Origin: Squalus acanthias
Taxonomy: Eukaryota
DNA: 64,000 nt
Reading direction: 5' to 3'
Assembly (NCBI GenBank): GCA_030390025.1
Contig: CM059432.1
Location: 4,526,001 to 4,590,000, forward strand
The translations under genes and the position numbers were made by a program. Below are positions 34,865-47,886 of the stretch, in pieces. Each line of letters opens with the position of its first letter. The first letter of the stretch is position 1. The notes beneath the pieces were generated by a model. It was not told where the DNA came from and searched no databases. It saw only the letters and a program-made list of their open reading frames with translations.

Positions 34865-36840
34865 TTACAATAAGTGTGAACAGTTCAGCTCGCCATATTA
34901 TAAAAAGGATATAGAGGCACTGGAGAGGGTGCAATAAAGATTTACTAGAATGATACCGGAACTAAGAGGTTATACCTATCAGGAAAGATTGAACAAGCTG
35001 GGGCTCCATTCTCTAGAAAAGAGAAGGCTGAGGGGTGACCCGATAGAGGTCTTTAAAATTATGAAAGGATTTGATAGAGTAGACATAGAGAAGATGTTTC
35101 CACTTGTGTGAGGAGACCAGAACTAAGGGTCATCAACATAAGATAGTCACTAATAAATCCAATCGGGAATTCAGCAGAAACTTCTTTACCCAGAGAGTGG
35201 TGAGAATGTGGAACTCGCTACCACAGGGAGTGGCTGAGGTGAATAGCATAGATGCATTTAAGGGGAGGCTAGATAAACACATGAGGGAGAAAGGAATAGA
35301 AGGATATCTTGTTCTTCGGCAGTCTCTCGGAACCGAGGATGACTTGCTTCCACACTAAAAATGAGTTCTCAGGTGACTGATGAGTCCAATACGAGACCTA
35401 GAGTCTCTGTCACAGGTGGGGCAGACATGGTTGAAGGGGCGGGAGGGTGGGGTGCTTGGGTTGATGTGCGCTCCTTCCGCTGTTTGCGCTTGGCTTCCAC
35501 TTGCTCCCGGCGAAGAGACTCGAGGTGTTCGGCGCCTTCCCGGATGCTTCTCCTCCACTTTGTGCGGTCTTGGGCCAGGGATTCCCAGGTGTCGGTGGGG
35601 ATGTTACACTTTTTCAAGGAGGCTTGGAGGGTGTCCTTGAAGCGTTTCCTCTGCCCACCTGGGGCTCTCTTGCCGTGTCAGAGCTCCGAGTAGAGCGCTT
35701 GTTTTGGGAGTCTCGTATCGGGCATGTGGACGATTTGGCCCATCCATCGGAGCTGATCGAGCGTGGTCAAAGCTTCGATGCTGGGGGTGTTGGCCTGAGC
35801 GAGAACACGGACGTTGGTGCGCCTATCATGCCAATGGATTTGCAGGATCTTGCGGAGGCAGCGTTGGTGGTACCTCGCCAGTGCTTTGAGGTGCCTGCTG
35901 TACATGGTCCATGTCTCTGAAGCATACAGGAGGGCGGGTATCACTACTGCTCTGTAGACCATGAGCTTAGTGCCGGGTTTGAGGTCCTGGTCTTCAAACA
36001 CTCTCTTCCTCACGCGACTGAAGGCTGCACTGGCACACTGAAGGCGGTGTTGGACTTCGTCATTGACGTCTGCCCTTGGTGACAGTAGGCTCCCGAGGTA
36101 TGGAAAGTGGCCCATGTTGTCCAAGGCCTTGTCGTGGATTTTGATAATCGGGGGGCAGTACTGTGTGGCGGGGGCAGGTTGGTAGAGGACCTTTGTCTTA
36201 CGGATGTTTAGTGTAAGGCCCATGCTCTCGTACGCTTCGGTGAAGGTGTTGACGATGGTTTGATGTTCGACCTCCGAGTGAGCGCAGACGCAAGCGTCGT
36301 CTGCATACTGTAATTCAATGACAGAGGATGGGACGACATTGGATTTGGACTGGAAGTGACGGAGGTTGAACAGTTTCCTGTTTGTTCTGTAAATTAGCTC
36401 CACTCCAGCGGGTAGCTTACTGAGGGTGAGATGGAGCATTGCAGCAAGGAAGATCGAGAAGAGCGTTGGTGCGATGACACAGCCTTGCTTGACCCTGGTC
36501 CGTACATGAATTGGGTCTGTGGTGGAACCGTTGGTCAGGATCACGGCTTGCATGTCATTGTGAAGCAGGCGGAGGATGGTGACAAACTTTTGAGGGCAGC
36601 CGAATTTGAGGAGGACACTCAATAATCCCTCACGGCTGACAGTGTCGAAGGCCTTTGTGAGGTCAAAGAAGGCCATGTACAGCGGTTGGTGCTGTTCCCT
36701 GCATTTCTCTTGTAGTTGACGCGCGGTGCTGATAGGGTGAGATGAAGAGGGGTGGGAGGAGGCTCGTGTGGAGCATAAACACCGGCACGGACCAGTTGGG
36801 CCGAATGGCCTGTTTTGGTGCTGTAAGTACTTTGTAATAA
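34865..36840 (+). mobile_element. CR1 3' end split by an RTE
   Basis: CR1 motifs at 34865-35305; 3' UTR resumes ~36726. Confidence 0.8.
35306..36726 (-). mobile_element. RTE LINE, 5'-truncated
   Basis: ORF 35678-36676 with RT motifs (DLTKAFD, QGC, YADD); highly similar to 11850-12780. Confidence 0.93.
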
Positions 36841-36924
36841 GGAGGCTGTTTCTAATGTTTGAGTGGCTTTTGGTTGCTGTCCTATTTTGACAGTCATTTT
36901 CCTGATATCAGTCTACAGATTGTG

Positions 36925-37005
36925 GCGTGACGAGGAAATTGGCCAATCAGGGGCCTCATGGATGTCGCAGCCAATGACTGGCCTCGCAGGCCAATCACAT
37001 GACAA
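36925..37005 (+). promoter_or_regulatory. Cluster of three NF-Y-consensus CCAAT boxes
   Basis: GGCCAATCAG (CCAAT at 36943), AGCCAATGAC (36971), GGCCAATCAC (36991), plus a TGACG half-CRE and a CACATG E-box. Confidence 0.45.
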
Positions 37006-37842
37006 TGTAACTACCGGCAGCAGACGCCATGAATCAGATTGAGCAGTGGCACTGGGCGGAAAGTGTTCGGCAACGCCTCGAATTTAAAATTCCCGTCCTT
37101 GTTTTCAAATCCCTCCGTGGCCTCGCCCCTCCCTATCTCTGTAATCTCCTCCAGCCCCAAAACCCTCCAGGATCTCTGCGCTCCTCTAATTCTGGCCTCT
37201 TGCGCATCCCCGATTTTAATCGCTCCACCATTGGTGGCCGTGCCTTCAGCTGCCGGGGCCCTGAGCTCGGGAAGTCCCTCCCTAAACCTCTCCGCCTCTA
37301 AATGTGCAGCAAATTCAGGCACAACATTATCAACATTTGATCTGATTATGTTAGAATGCAAACTATTTACACTGTTTGACCTCATTTCTAAGTTGCAGAG
37401 CAAAGAAATATCACAGAATAAGGGAACTGGCTGATTGCCTAGGTAGGTGATTCAGCTGAAACAAGTTATTCCATCAGTGCTCAGTGAAGATTAAAGGGCC
37501 AGTATTGTGTTTCCAACTGCTCAATATACACTTACAAGTGACACAGACCAGGCTTTTCAACAACAACTGTACCTGACTAACACCCAGCTGCAAACTCTCT
37601 GTGATCCTATCCTTTATTATTCATTCACAGGATGTGGGCGTCGCTGGCAAGGCCAGCATTTATTGCCCATCCCTAATCGCCCTTGAGAAGGTGGTGCTGA
37701 AGGGCTGGCCATCTGTTTAATGTCTGAGAAGGATAATTAAAGGTCAGTTTTGTTCCCTCTGAATAAGGTGGCAGCACACTATCGAAAGGTGGCAAAAAGG
37801 GAGATTATTTGTGGGATCAAAGCAAACATTTTTAATTTTTTT

Positions 37843-39607
37843 ATATTCATTCCTGGGATGTGGGCGTCGCTGGCAAGGCCCAGCATTTATTGCCCATCCC
37901 TAATTGCCCCTCGAGAAGGTGGTGGTGAGCCGCTTTCTTGAACCGCTGCAGTCCGTGTGGTGAAGGTGCTCCCACGGTGCTGTTAGGGAGGGAGTTCCAT
38001 GAGTTTGGCCCAGCGACGATGAAGGAACGGCCAATATATATTTCCAAGTCAGGATGGCGTGTGACTTGGAGGGGGGGAACTTGGAGGTGATGGTGTTCCC
38101 ATGCGCTTGCTGCCCTTGTCCTTCTAGATGGAAGGGGTCGTGGGTTTGGGAGGTGCTGTCGCAGAAGCCTTGGCGAGTTGCTGCAGTGCATCTTGTAGAT
38201 GGTACACACTGCGTACACATGGTACGAATTACAGTATGCAGTCGACGCTTGCGTCTGTGCACACTCTGAGGCCGAGCTCCAAACCATCGTCAACACCTTC
38301 ACCGAAGCGTACGAGAGCATGGGCCTTACACTAAACATCCGTAAGACAAAGGTCTTCTACCAACCTGACCCCGCCACACAGTACTGCTCCCTGATTATCA
38401 AAATCCATGATGAGGCCTTGGACAACTTGGAACACTTTCCATACCTCGGGAGCCTACTGTCAACAAGGGCAGACATCGATGACGAAGTCCAACACCGCCT
38501 TCAGTGTGCCAGTGCAGCCTTCGGTCACCTGAGGAAGAGAGTGTTTGAAGACCAGGACCTCAAACCCAGCACCAAGCTCATGGTCTACAGAGCAGTAGTG
38601 ATACCCGCCCTCCTGTATGTTCAGAGACATGGACCATGTACAGCAGGCACCTCAAAGCACTGGAGAGGTACCACCAATGCTGCCTCCGCAAGATCCTGCA
38701 AATCCATTGGCAGGATAGGCACACCAACGTCAGTGTTCTCGCTCAGGCCAACATCCCCAGCATCGAAGCTTTGACCATGCTTGATCAGCTCCGATGGACA
38801 GGTCACATTGTCCGCATGCCCGATACGAGACTCACATGAGGGGGAAAGGAATGGAGGGTTATGTTCATAGAGTTAGATGAAGTAGGGTAGGAGGAGGCTC
38901 GTGTGGAGCATGATCCAGTTGGGCAGAATGGCCTGTTTCTATGCTGTACATTTTATGTATTAATGCTGATTATTAACTTTACAATGTGCAGTGAGTCAGT
39001 GACTCACTAATATCATGGTAAGGCATGCGAGAACAGTGTTCTCGCTCAGGCCGACATCCCCAGCATCGAAGCTCTGACCACGCTCGATCAGCTCCGATGG
39101 ACGGGTCACATTGTCCGCATGCCCGATACGAGCGCTCTACTCGGAGCTCCGACACGGCAAGAGAGCCCCAGGTGGGCAGAGGAAACGCTTCAAGGACACC
39201 CTCAAAGCCTCCTTGAAAAAGTGCAACATCCCCACCGACACCTGGGAATCCCTGGCCCAAGACCGCACAAAGTGGAGGAAACGCATCCGGGAAGGCGCCG
39301 AACACCTCGAGTCTCTTCGCCAGGAGCAAGCGGAAGCCAAGCGCAAGGAGCGCACGTCAACCCAAGCACCCCACCCACCCGCCCCTTCAACCACCGTCTG
39401 CCCCACCTGTGACAGAGACTGTAGGTCCCGCATTGGACTCATCAGTCACCTGAGAACTCATTTTTAGTGTGGAAGCAAGTCATCCTCGGTTCCAAGGGAC
39501 TGCCTAAGAAGACACACTGCAGCCACGGTGCACCGGTGCTGGAGGGAGTGAATGTTTAAGGTGGTGGATGGGGTGCCAATCAAGCGGGCTGCTTTGTCCT
39601 GGATGTT
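37843..39607 (-). mobile_element. CR1/L2-group LINE 3' end split by an RTE insertion
   Basis: Same family as 3258-3700; continuous across 38212/39512. Confidence 0.8.
38213..39511 (+). mobile_element. Composite RTE insertion with 9-bp TSD
   Basis: ACACACTGC at 38204-38212 and 39512-39520; RTE RT and C-terminal motifs; internal duplication plus a foreign insert. Confidence 0.85.
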
Positions 39608-40135
39608 GCTGCCCAATTCATGTGTGATAACCACTATTATAATAATATACACTTGGCAATAAATGCTGGTGCTGCCAGCGACGCCCATGTGTGAATAAAT
39701 ATATATTTTTTTAAAACACACATTGACGCTATTAAGATTCCACGGCCACTATTTCAAAGAAGAGCAGGGGAGTTATCCCCGGTGTCCTGGGCCAATATTT
39801 ATCCCTCAATCCAAAAAAACAGATGATCCGGTCGTTTATCACATTGCTGTTTGTGGGAGCTTGCTGCGCGCAAATTGGCTGCCGCGTTTCCCACATTACA
39901 ACAGCGACTACACTTCCAAAAGTACTTCATTGGCTGTGAAGCGCTTTGGGACGTCCAGTGGTTGTGAAAGATGCTATAGAAATGCAAGACTTTCTTTCCT
40001 GTCAAGAACTCTTACAACTGCAATTTTTGTGTGCAATGAAGGTTTGTGGGATATTTTAAGCAAATCATATCATTGGTGATTCATAAGAAAAGGTTCCAGT
40101 TGCATTTTTAACAAATTGGATTGTGTTGCACTTAT

Positions 40136-41607
40136 TGTAAGATTCTCAAAATTCACAGATCCCCCAAAACTCTAAGAAATACCCTAAGGAAAAGACTTTG
40201 GACTCTTTTCTAGCTATTACAGGGTGGTGAAGTGCATTGGGCCTAATCGAAGGACATTTTGAGCAAAAACCAAGATTTGGGATTTTTAAAACATGTCTGG
40301 GCTTGTAAGGGAGGAAAGGCTGTGAAGGAAGGTGGGTCAAACCTCTGTAAAACCAGTTTGGGTATTGGAGCTAATGGGAACTGTCTGGGGAACCATATGA
40401 TCTCGCTGGGAGTTTAAATCGGCCCCTATCAGACATTAGCATCCTAACAATAAACCCGAGGAAAAACAGTCTCCACCCCAAGTTACAGAGCCCATTAAGA
40501 CATGCATAAAACAGATTACTTCAGCCTACTCCATAGAAATCATAGGCCCAGCCAAGAAAACCCAAAACATAAGAACAATCAAACTCCGATTAAGTGGCAA
40601 ATCGGCAGGATGGGGGCCATCCCGGAGCCACTTCACACCTTAACAAACCAGTTACCGTTAACGAGCCCGCCAAAACTAACAAAGACCGAGACCTGATTTG
40701 GCGCGCAGATAAGGGAGCTTCAATGGGTATAATTGAAGGCCCGCTCTCAACCTGAAAGAGAAGAAGAGGAAGGAAGAACAAGAAGACATCGACGGAGGCA
40801 TTCTCCGCAACACAGTTCTAAAAACACCACCGTTCAGCGTCCCATGTCCAGCCAGGAGGTCGACAGCTCGAAGGCCAGACCATCCAACAAAGTAGGCTGA
40901 CACGAGAAGAAACCAGAACGACCGCCTCAGTGACCACCAGACACCTCGCGGCAACCAGGCCCTCACAAAACAACCAACCTATTTGGGCCACCGCAACCAA
41001 AGAAAACCAACTCGAAGAAAAACCGAAGATCCGCAAATTTTTCACTCTACAATCTACTCCTGACTTACCCCTGGGTAAGATTTTCCCTTAAAAATCTCTA
41101 AACCCTACTTCTAAGCCAAAGAAAAGTGGGTACTCACCTGATAGATCCAATACGCACCCTACCGCATCAGCGGACTCGCGAAGACTGACCAGCTACGCAG
41201 TTGAAGTCCTCTACCATGGACGGGGTACGGCAGACACCAATCGACATATAGAGTGAACCCCAAAACCGCGAATTAACCTAACTGTCAAGGATTCTGGTGA
41301 GTATCATCCCTGGTCCTCTGGAGTCCAACCTAGCTAGTGAAGTGGGATTGGGAGGGGTGAAGTATTCTTCTAATGTTATTTCCCTCGCTTGTACCGAAGT
41401 GTTCCCCACTTTTAGAGTGTTAAGAGTGTTTGTGTTGTGTTTTATTTTCTTGAATAAAGATCAAAGTTCTTGCATCAAAACCAGTTGTCTGCTGCACTTT
41501 TTGTCACAACCCCCAAATAAGTCCAAGGTCTAGAACCAAGGGAGTGGGAGCGATTCGAACCGCTCAGAAGTCAGAGGTGAAGCTGACACAAACCACCACC
41601 CCTTACA
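40136..41607 (+). mobile_element. Solo LTR (~1.47 kb)
   Basis: TGTAAG...CTTACA termini, 4-bp TSD TTAT (40132-40135 and 41608-41611), TATA-like ~40727, AATAAA ~41453. Homologous to 10209-11463. Confidence 0.88.
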
Positions 41608-41779
41608 TTATGTTTCACCTTGCTGGTCAAGTTTGTAAGTTTAAGCACATTTAGAACTTAACACTGCCTGTGTGACTTGAAGCGAACGTGAAATAAATTA
41701 AGGATTTGTGTAAATTAATTACAGGAGTGGTGTGTTTTTATTGGAATTGCTGAAAGTATAGTTGCCGCTCCAGATTATT

Positions 41780-43233
41780 GGGCCTGATCTTGCTGGAGCG
41801 AGGCATCTCGCAGCGCGTCGTTAGTTAAACATTTTCCCCACACCCTTCAGCACAGAAATATTCTATGCCGTAACTTTTTTTTAATTCATTTTTATTGGAT
41901 GTGGGCGTCACTGGCAAGGCCAGCATTTATTGCCCATCCCTAATTGCCCTTGAGAAGGTGGTGGTGAGCCGCCTTCTTGAACCGCTGCAGTCCGTGTGGT
42001 GAAGGTGCTCCCACAGTGCTGTCAGGGAGGGAGTTCCAGGATTTTGACCCAGCGACGATTAAGGATCGGCCGATAAATTTCCAAGTCAGGATGGTGTGTG
42101 ACTTGTCAGGGAACTTGGAGGTGGTGGTGTTCCCATGCGCCTGCTGCCCTTGTCCTTCTAGGTGGAAGAGGTCGCGGGTTTGGGAGGTGCTGCCGAAGAA
42201 GCCTTGGTGACACGGTTGCATAGTGGTTAGCACTGGTGCCTCACAGCGCCAGGGACCCGGGTTCGAATCCGGCCTCGGGTGACTGTCTGTGTGGAGTTTG
42301 CACATTCTCCCTGTGTCTGCGTGGGTTTCCTCCGGGTGCTCCGGTTTCCTCCCACAGTCCAAAGATCTGCGGGTTAGGTTGATTTGGCTAGGGGGATTAA
42401 ATACGTGGGGTTACGGGGATAGGGTGGGATATGTGTCGGTGCAGGCTCGATGGGCCGAAATGGCCTCTATCTGCACTGTGGGGATTTTGTGATTCTGTAG
42501 ATGGTACACACTGCAGCCACGGTGCGCCGGTGGTGGAGGGAGTGAGTGTTTAAGGTGCTAGAGGGGGTGCCAATCAAGCGGGCTGGATTGCTGGGAGCGT
42601 GAGCTGGTAACGGCGCAGCGAGGGCAACGGGGCATCTGGGACCTCGGGGACCAACAGTCTGTCTCCTTAACCAATGAGACTGAAGGATTGAGAAAGAAAC
42701 AGAGAAACGACGGAGAAGGAAATCGGGCAAATTAGAGTCAAATCAGGTAAAGAGAGGGAAAGAAAGATTGGATTAATTGAGAGAGAGAAAAAAAAGAGAC
42801 AGAAAGGAAAAGTAAGGAAAAAAAATGTAAAATTCTAAATTGAAATTTTTAAAATCTCTAACAACAATTGACTACCAGCAGGCATGAGACTGAACAGTTT
42901 AAATAGTTTCCTTTCTGGGCTGGAGAGGTCGATTGGCACTGCAGTAACAATTATCATGTCGTTAAAAAGGTCCTTACGCTCTTAATCACCAGCCCTAACA
43001 TTCTGCGGCCAGTTTAATGGGCAATTAATGGGCAAAGTTCTTAAAAATAACGGGGAGGTTGAGGGCGAGATGCCGTTTGCGGGAAGGTAACGGCGGAGCG
43101 GCGTAAATCGACCAGCAAGTTCTGGCGATTCGCGACTCACGGGAAATCTCTTCATCCCCCTGAACATGCCGGCGAATTTTGCTCATTAATAACGGGGTGC
43201 GCCGTTAACACACCGTTATTTATCCAGGAAGAT
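41780..43233. mobile_element. Harbinger-like MITE interrupted by a LINE fragment and a V-SINE
   Basis: Left end GGGCCTGATCTTGCTGGA, right end TCCAGGAAGAT (partial TIR); LINE/SINE insert at ~41880-42585. Confidence 0.45.
42208..42495 (+). mobile_element. V-SINE (HE1-like)
   Basis: tRNA-like A/B boxes (TAGTGGTTAGCAC, GGTTCGAATCC) and V-domain GTGGAGTTTGCACATTCTCCC..GGGTTTCCTCCGGGTGCTCCGGTTTCCTCCCACA; CR1-like tail. Confidence 0.85.
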
Positions 43234-44466
43234 TTTTTTTTAAATTTTGATTAAAATCAATTTTGAACTGCCGACTATGTCTGCAACCCGCCAGGTTTAG
43301 TATTTTTTTAATCGTGGTGGAGTTAAGCCGCCTCCAGCTGTTCTTTCCCCTCTACCTGTTGCCAGGCCTGTTTCCTAGGCAACTCAAGGCCCACGGCACA
43401 GTGACAGAGTAGGTTCATTAACCTGCCTGTCACTCCAGCTGTCCTCGAAGGAAGCGTTAGCAGCCTGATTGGGTTAAGCACTTAAATATATCCAAAACTC
43501 AATGATCTTATCCAATTTTTCCTGATGTTTTGCCTCTTTATATAAACACGGGCAAGCCAGAGGCTGCATTTCCAAAGTAAGAAGATTTCATTTAGAAGGC
43601 CTTTACTCTCTCAGGCACTGCGTCCATCTCTCACAGTGACTGGTACAGTACTAAATTCATAAAGATCCAGGTACTTGCTCAGATGGTGCTGAAAATGAAG
43701 GATAAGTTCAATGAAACGAGAAAGAGTATTTACAGCCCAGAAACAGGCCATTTGTCACAACTGGTCCGTGCCGGTGTTTCTGCTCCACACGAGACTCCTC
43801 CCACTCAATTTACCTCATCTCACCCCATCAACATATCCCTCTATTCCTTTCTCCCTCCTGTGTTTATCTAGCTTCCCCTTAAATACATCTCCGCCTCAAC
43901 CACTCCCTGTGGTAGCAAGTTCCACATTCTCACCACTCTCTGGGTAAAGAAGTTTCTCCTGAATTCCCTGTTGGATTTATTGCTGACTGTCTCATGTTGA
44001 TGGCCCCTAGTTCTGGTCTCGCCCGCCAGTGGAATGTCTACCCTGTCGAACCCCTTTATAATTTTAAAGACCTCTCTCGTCACCCCCCCCCCCCTGCCCC
44101 CTGCCCAGTCATCTCTTTTCCAGATTAAAGAGACCCAGCCTGCACTGCACTTAAAATATTTACGATCCATTTATCACCGATAACTCTCCCAAAAATAGTG
44201 CCGAATCAGAATAGAAGATCTGCTTTCTCCAAGCTACAGGGTAAAGGCTCGTACAGCTCGACTGTGAAGAACTTATCTGTGATAGATAGGAGACAACTCA
44301 GATATAAACCAGCCATCATTAACTTGACAAACCTTCTCCATCCGACCCCACTAGGGTTACCTCGGCATCAATTTAATTCCATTTGATGTAGTTATGGTTG
44401 CTGTAAAGTTACAAAAATGGTCAGCTACATTTCAATTCATAAAACTTATATTTCTACGCTTCCGCA

Positions 44467-44870
44467 CATCATTCACTCCCTCCACCACCGGCGTACCGTG
44501 GCTGCCGTGTGCACCATCTACAAGATGCACTGCAGCAACTCGCCAAGGCTTCTTCGGCAGCACCTCCCAAACCAGCGACCTCTACCACCTAGAAGGACAA
44601 GGGCAGCAGGCGCATGGGAACACCACCACCTCCAAGTTCCCCTCCAAGTTACACACCATCTTGACTTGGAAATTTATCGGCCGTTCCTTCATCGTCACTG
44701 GGTCAAAATCCTGGAACTCCCTCCCTAACAGCACTGTGGGAGCACTTTCACCACACGGACTGCAGCGGTTCAAGAAGGCGGCTCACCACTACCTTCTCGA
44801 GGGCAACTAGGGGATGGGCAATAAATGCCGGCCTTGCCAGCGACGCCCACATCCCATGAACGAATATAAA
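44467..44870 (+). mobile_element. CR1/L2-group LINE 3' end
   Basis: Same family as 3258-3700 and 37843-38212. Confidence 0.85.
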
Positions 44871-46374
44871 AAAATTAAAAATGTTTGCTTTGATCCCACA
44901 AATAATCTCCCTTTATGCCACCTTTCGATAGCGTGCAGAGGGAACAAAACTGACCTTTAATTATCCTTCTCAGACATTAAACAGATGGCCAGCCCTTCAG
45001 CATCAGTAAACGCTGCACTGGAAGCAGCTGACACTCTGTCTCGCCTGCTGTTACTCTCCTTGCAGCCTATTTGTCTCTCAGATAATGAACCTTGATCTCT
45101 GGGAGTCCTTCTTATCACTCGCCCATTTTGACCCCTAGTATGTCGTTCTTATTTTTTATTCTTGGGATGTGATTATGGGCTGGAGCCAGATCAACAACAA
45201 CAACAACTTGCATTTACACAGCGCCTTGAGCGTAGTAAAGCGTCCCGAGTCGCTTCCCAGGAGCCATTATCAAACAAAGTTTCACACCGAGCCACCTTCT
45301 CAAGGGCAATTAGGGATGGTCAATAAATGGCCAGCGATGCCCACATCCCAGGAACGACTATAAAAAAATAAGGAGCTAATAAGAAGATGTGAATCTTCTT
45401 TCTATAGTAACTTGCTCAATAGCCAAATGTTGTGCTACTGGCCTGCAGTTTATCAGCACAGTGCTGCCTGCTGTGAATAGCTCATTCGTCTTATTTTAAG
45501 ATGTTTTATCTTTCTTTTCTTTGTAGTTGTTTGTATGTGTTCTCTGCGGGCTTGTACCATCAATCGCAGAGCTGTGAGTCTCTCCCGCCATAAGCAGCAC
45601 TCGCCAACACAAAGGCCGCGACCTCCGGCATTCCAACCACACTGGGGATAGCTTTATGTCCCTCTCATGACTGGGGGTTGGATTCACTGCTGACTGTCTT
45701 GTGTCACTCGAAGCCTAGAATCGTGCGGCACAGAAGGAGGCCATTCGGCCCACCGCGCCTGTGCCGGCTCTTTGAAAGAGCTCTCCAATTAACAGCTGTG
45801 CGCAAATTGTCCGCCGCGTTTCCTACATTGCAACAGCGAATACACTTCAAAAAGTACTTCATTGGCTGTAAAGTTCTCTGGGACGCCCTGAGGTCGCGAA
45901 AGGCGCTATAGAAATGCAAGTTCTTTCTTTACACTCACCCCATGTCAAGATCAGGACAGATGTTAACTGCGGACAAAGTGACCCAAACTTTTTCGATTTG
46001 ATGAATTGAATATTTAGATTGCCGGTCGTGAAGGTCACTTTGCAAAGATTTCTGCTCATTAACACATATCTTTACCAATGCATGTTCTGTTCTTGCCACT
46101 GGTAACAAGCTGTCGGAAATGCACTCAAAATATGGACTTAAGAGTTTCAATGTTAATGCTGGATGACATTATACTTATGCACACGGTACTGATTTAGCAG
46201 CTCAGAGGTCGAGAGTTCAAATCCCACCGTGGCAAGCTGTGCCAGCCAATTCAATAAATCTGGTAACTTATGGGCTGGCACCGGAGAAAATGGAAGATAC
46301 CAGATTGTTGTAAAAACCCAACTGTTGTAACAATGTCCTTAACGGAAGCCGCATCGACTTGAGAACCTCTCTAG

Positions 46375-47491
46375 CTCTGCAACCACCTCCAGCCTCACAA
46401 CCTACTGAGATCTCTGCGCTTCTCCAATTCTGGCCTCTTGAGCATCCCCGATTTTAATTGCTCCACCATTGGCGGCCGTGCCTTCAGCTGCCAAGGCCCC
46501 AAGCTCTGGAATTCCCTCCCTAAACCTCTCCACCTCTCCGCCTCTCTCTCCTCCTTTAAGACGTTCCTTAAAACCTACCTCTCTGACCAAGCTTTTGGTC
46601 ACCTGTCCCTGATATTTCCTTATGTGGCTCGGTGTTAAATCTTGTTTGATAATCGCTCCTGTGCAGTGCCTTGGGACGTTTTACTACATTAAAGGCACTT
46701 GGGCCAAAAATTCGGCCCTTCCCGGGTGAGTACACAGTCCGTACTCACCCGTAATGCGTCCCGAAGTGCCGGTTTCCTGCATGCACTGCGCATGCGCGGG
46801 AAACCGGAACTTCCGGTCTGGTGAAGGGGGCGGTTCCTAGGTGAACCGCGTGCGCGGGAGAGGCTGCGCGCACGCAGCAAACTTAGATTTTTTTTCAGGT
46901 TTCTCCGGAGGGTAAGTATTGAAGAACCTACGCTTATAAAAAGGAGGCACAGGACCCGTTTTCAACAAGGTAAGTGGTTAATTAAGTATAATTTAAAAAA
47001 AATTTCAACAGCTTTATCTTTTTTAGATACTTTAAAGAAAGGTAAGTTTATTTTTATCACTTTTAAAAAGTATTTTAATTTTTTCAAAAATTTTTATTTT
47101 TGTTTAAAGTGGTTAATTTATTTAACTTATAGTTATTTTATAAATCTGATGGTTTTTTTTAAATTTATTTTAAGTTTAGCTGTTCTTTTGGGGCCGATTT
47201 CAATTCACAGATTTGACAGGTCTCCTGTCAAATCTATGAATGAAAGATGGTCTGCTGCCATTGGCTCTCCATGGCCCACGTGATCCCAGGGGACACATCG
47301 CACTAACTACGCCCCTGGGATACGCACGCACTGCGCGCCGGCTCTTGGAGCAGGCCCAGGAGCTGAAGTTCCCGTGGGCCCAAAACACAACGGCAGGCGC
47401 GGTAGGTAAGTGCACGCGCGATCCTTACCCCCGCGGCAAGCCGGAGAGGCGAATTTCTGGGCCACTATATAAATACAAGTTGTTGTTGTTG
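46375..47491 (+). mobile_element. L2 3' end split by a MITE
   Basis: The L2 tail AAAGGCACT|ATATAAAT.CAAGTTGTTG is restored when 46700-47466 is removed. Confidence 0.8.
46700..47463. mobile_element. Harbinger-type MITE
   Basis: TIR GGGCCAAAAATTC / GAATTTCTGGGCC; 3-bp TSD ACT; GC-rich ends and AT-rich core. Confidence 0.7.
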
Positions 47492-47886
47492 TATGCATGT
47501 GAGGTATCGAGGAGCTAGATTCACACTTTAGAGTTGCTTGGAACAGTCTGATATTGATTTCATCTGTTTTAGGCTCCATAGCAGATATTGGTTATGGCCT
47601 TTCGTGTAATTAAAGATAGAAGGCGTCCTAAAATATGACATTACCTCTGCTATTTAACCTTCAGCATGTTACCAAAATATGCAGTTTTTGCCGGTGTAAT
47701 TTGGTCGCACTGCTTCATTTTTGAACAATTCACTCTCGGAATGTGTCTGCGCCGGTGAGACTGGTATTTGTTGCCCATCACAGTTGCCCTGAGAAGGTGG
47801 TGGTGGGCATTCTTCTTGGATCGCCAGTAGGATTTGACCCAACCGGATGGCTTGCTGGGCCACTTCAGAGGCCAGTTAAGAATCAA

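Noticed and set aside
35306..39511. Large inverted repeat acting as the TIRs of one element
   Set aside because: Two independent RTE insertions in opposite orientation with different targets.
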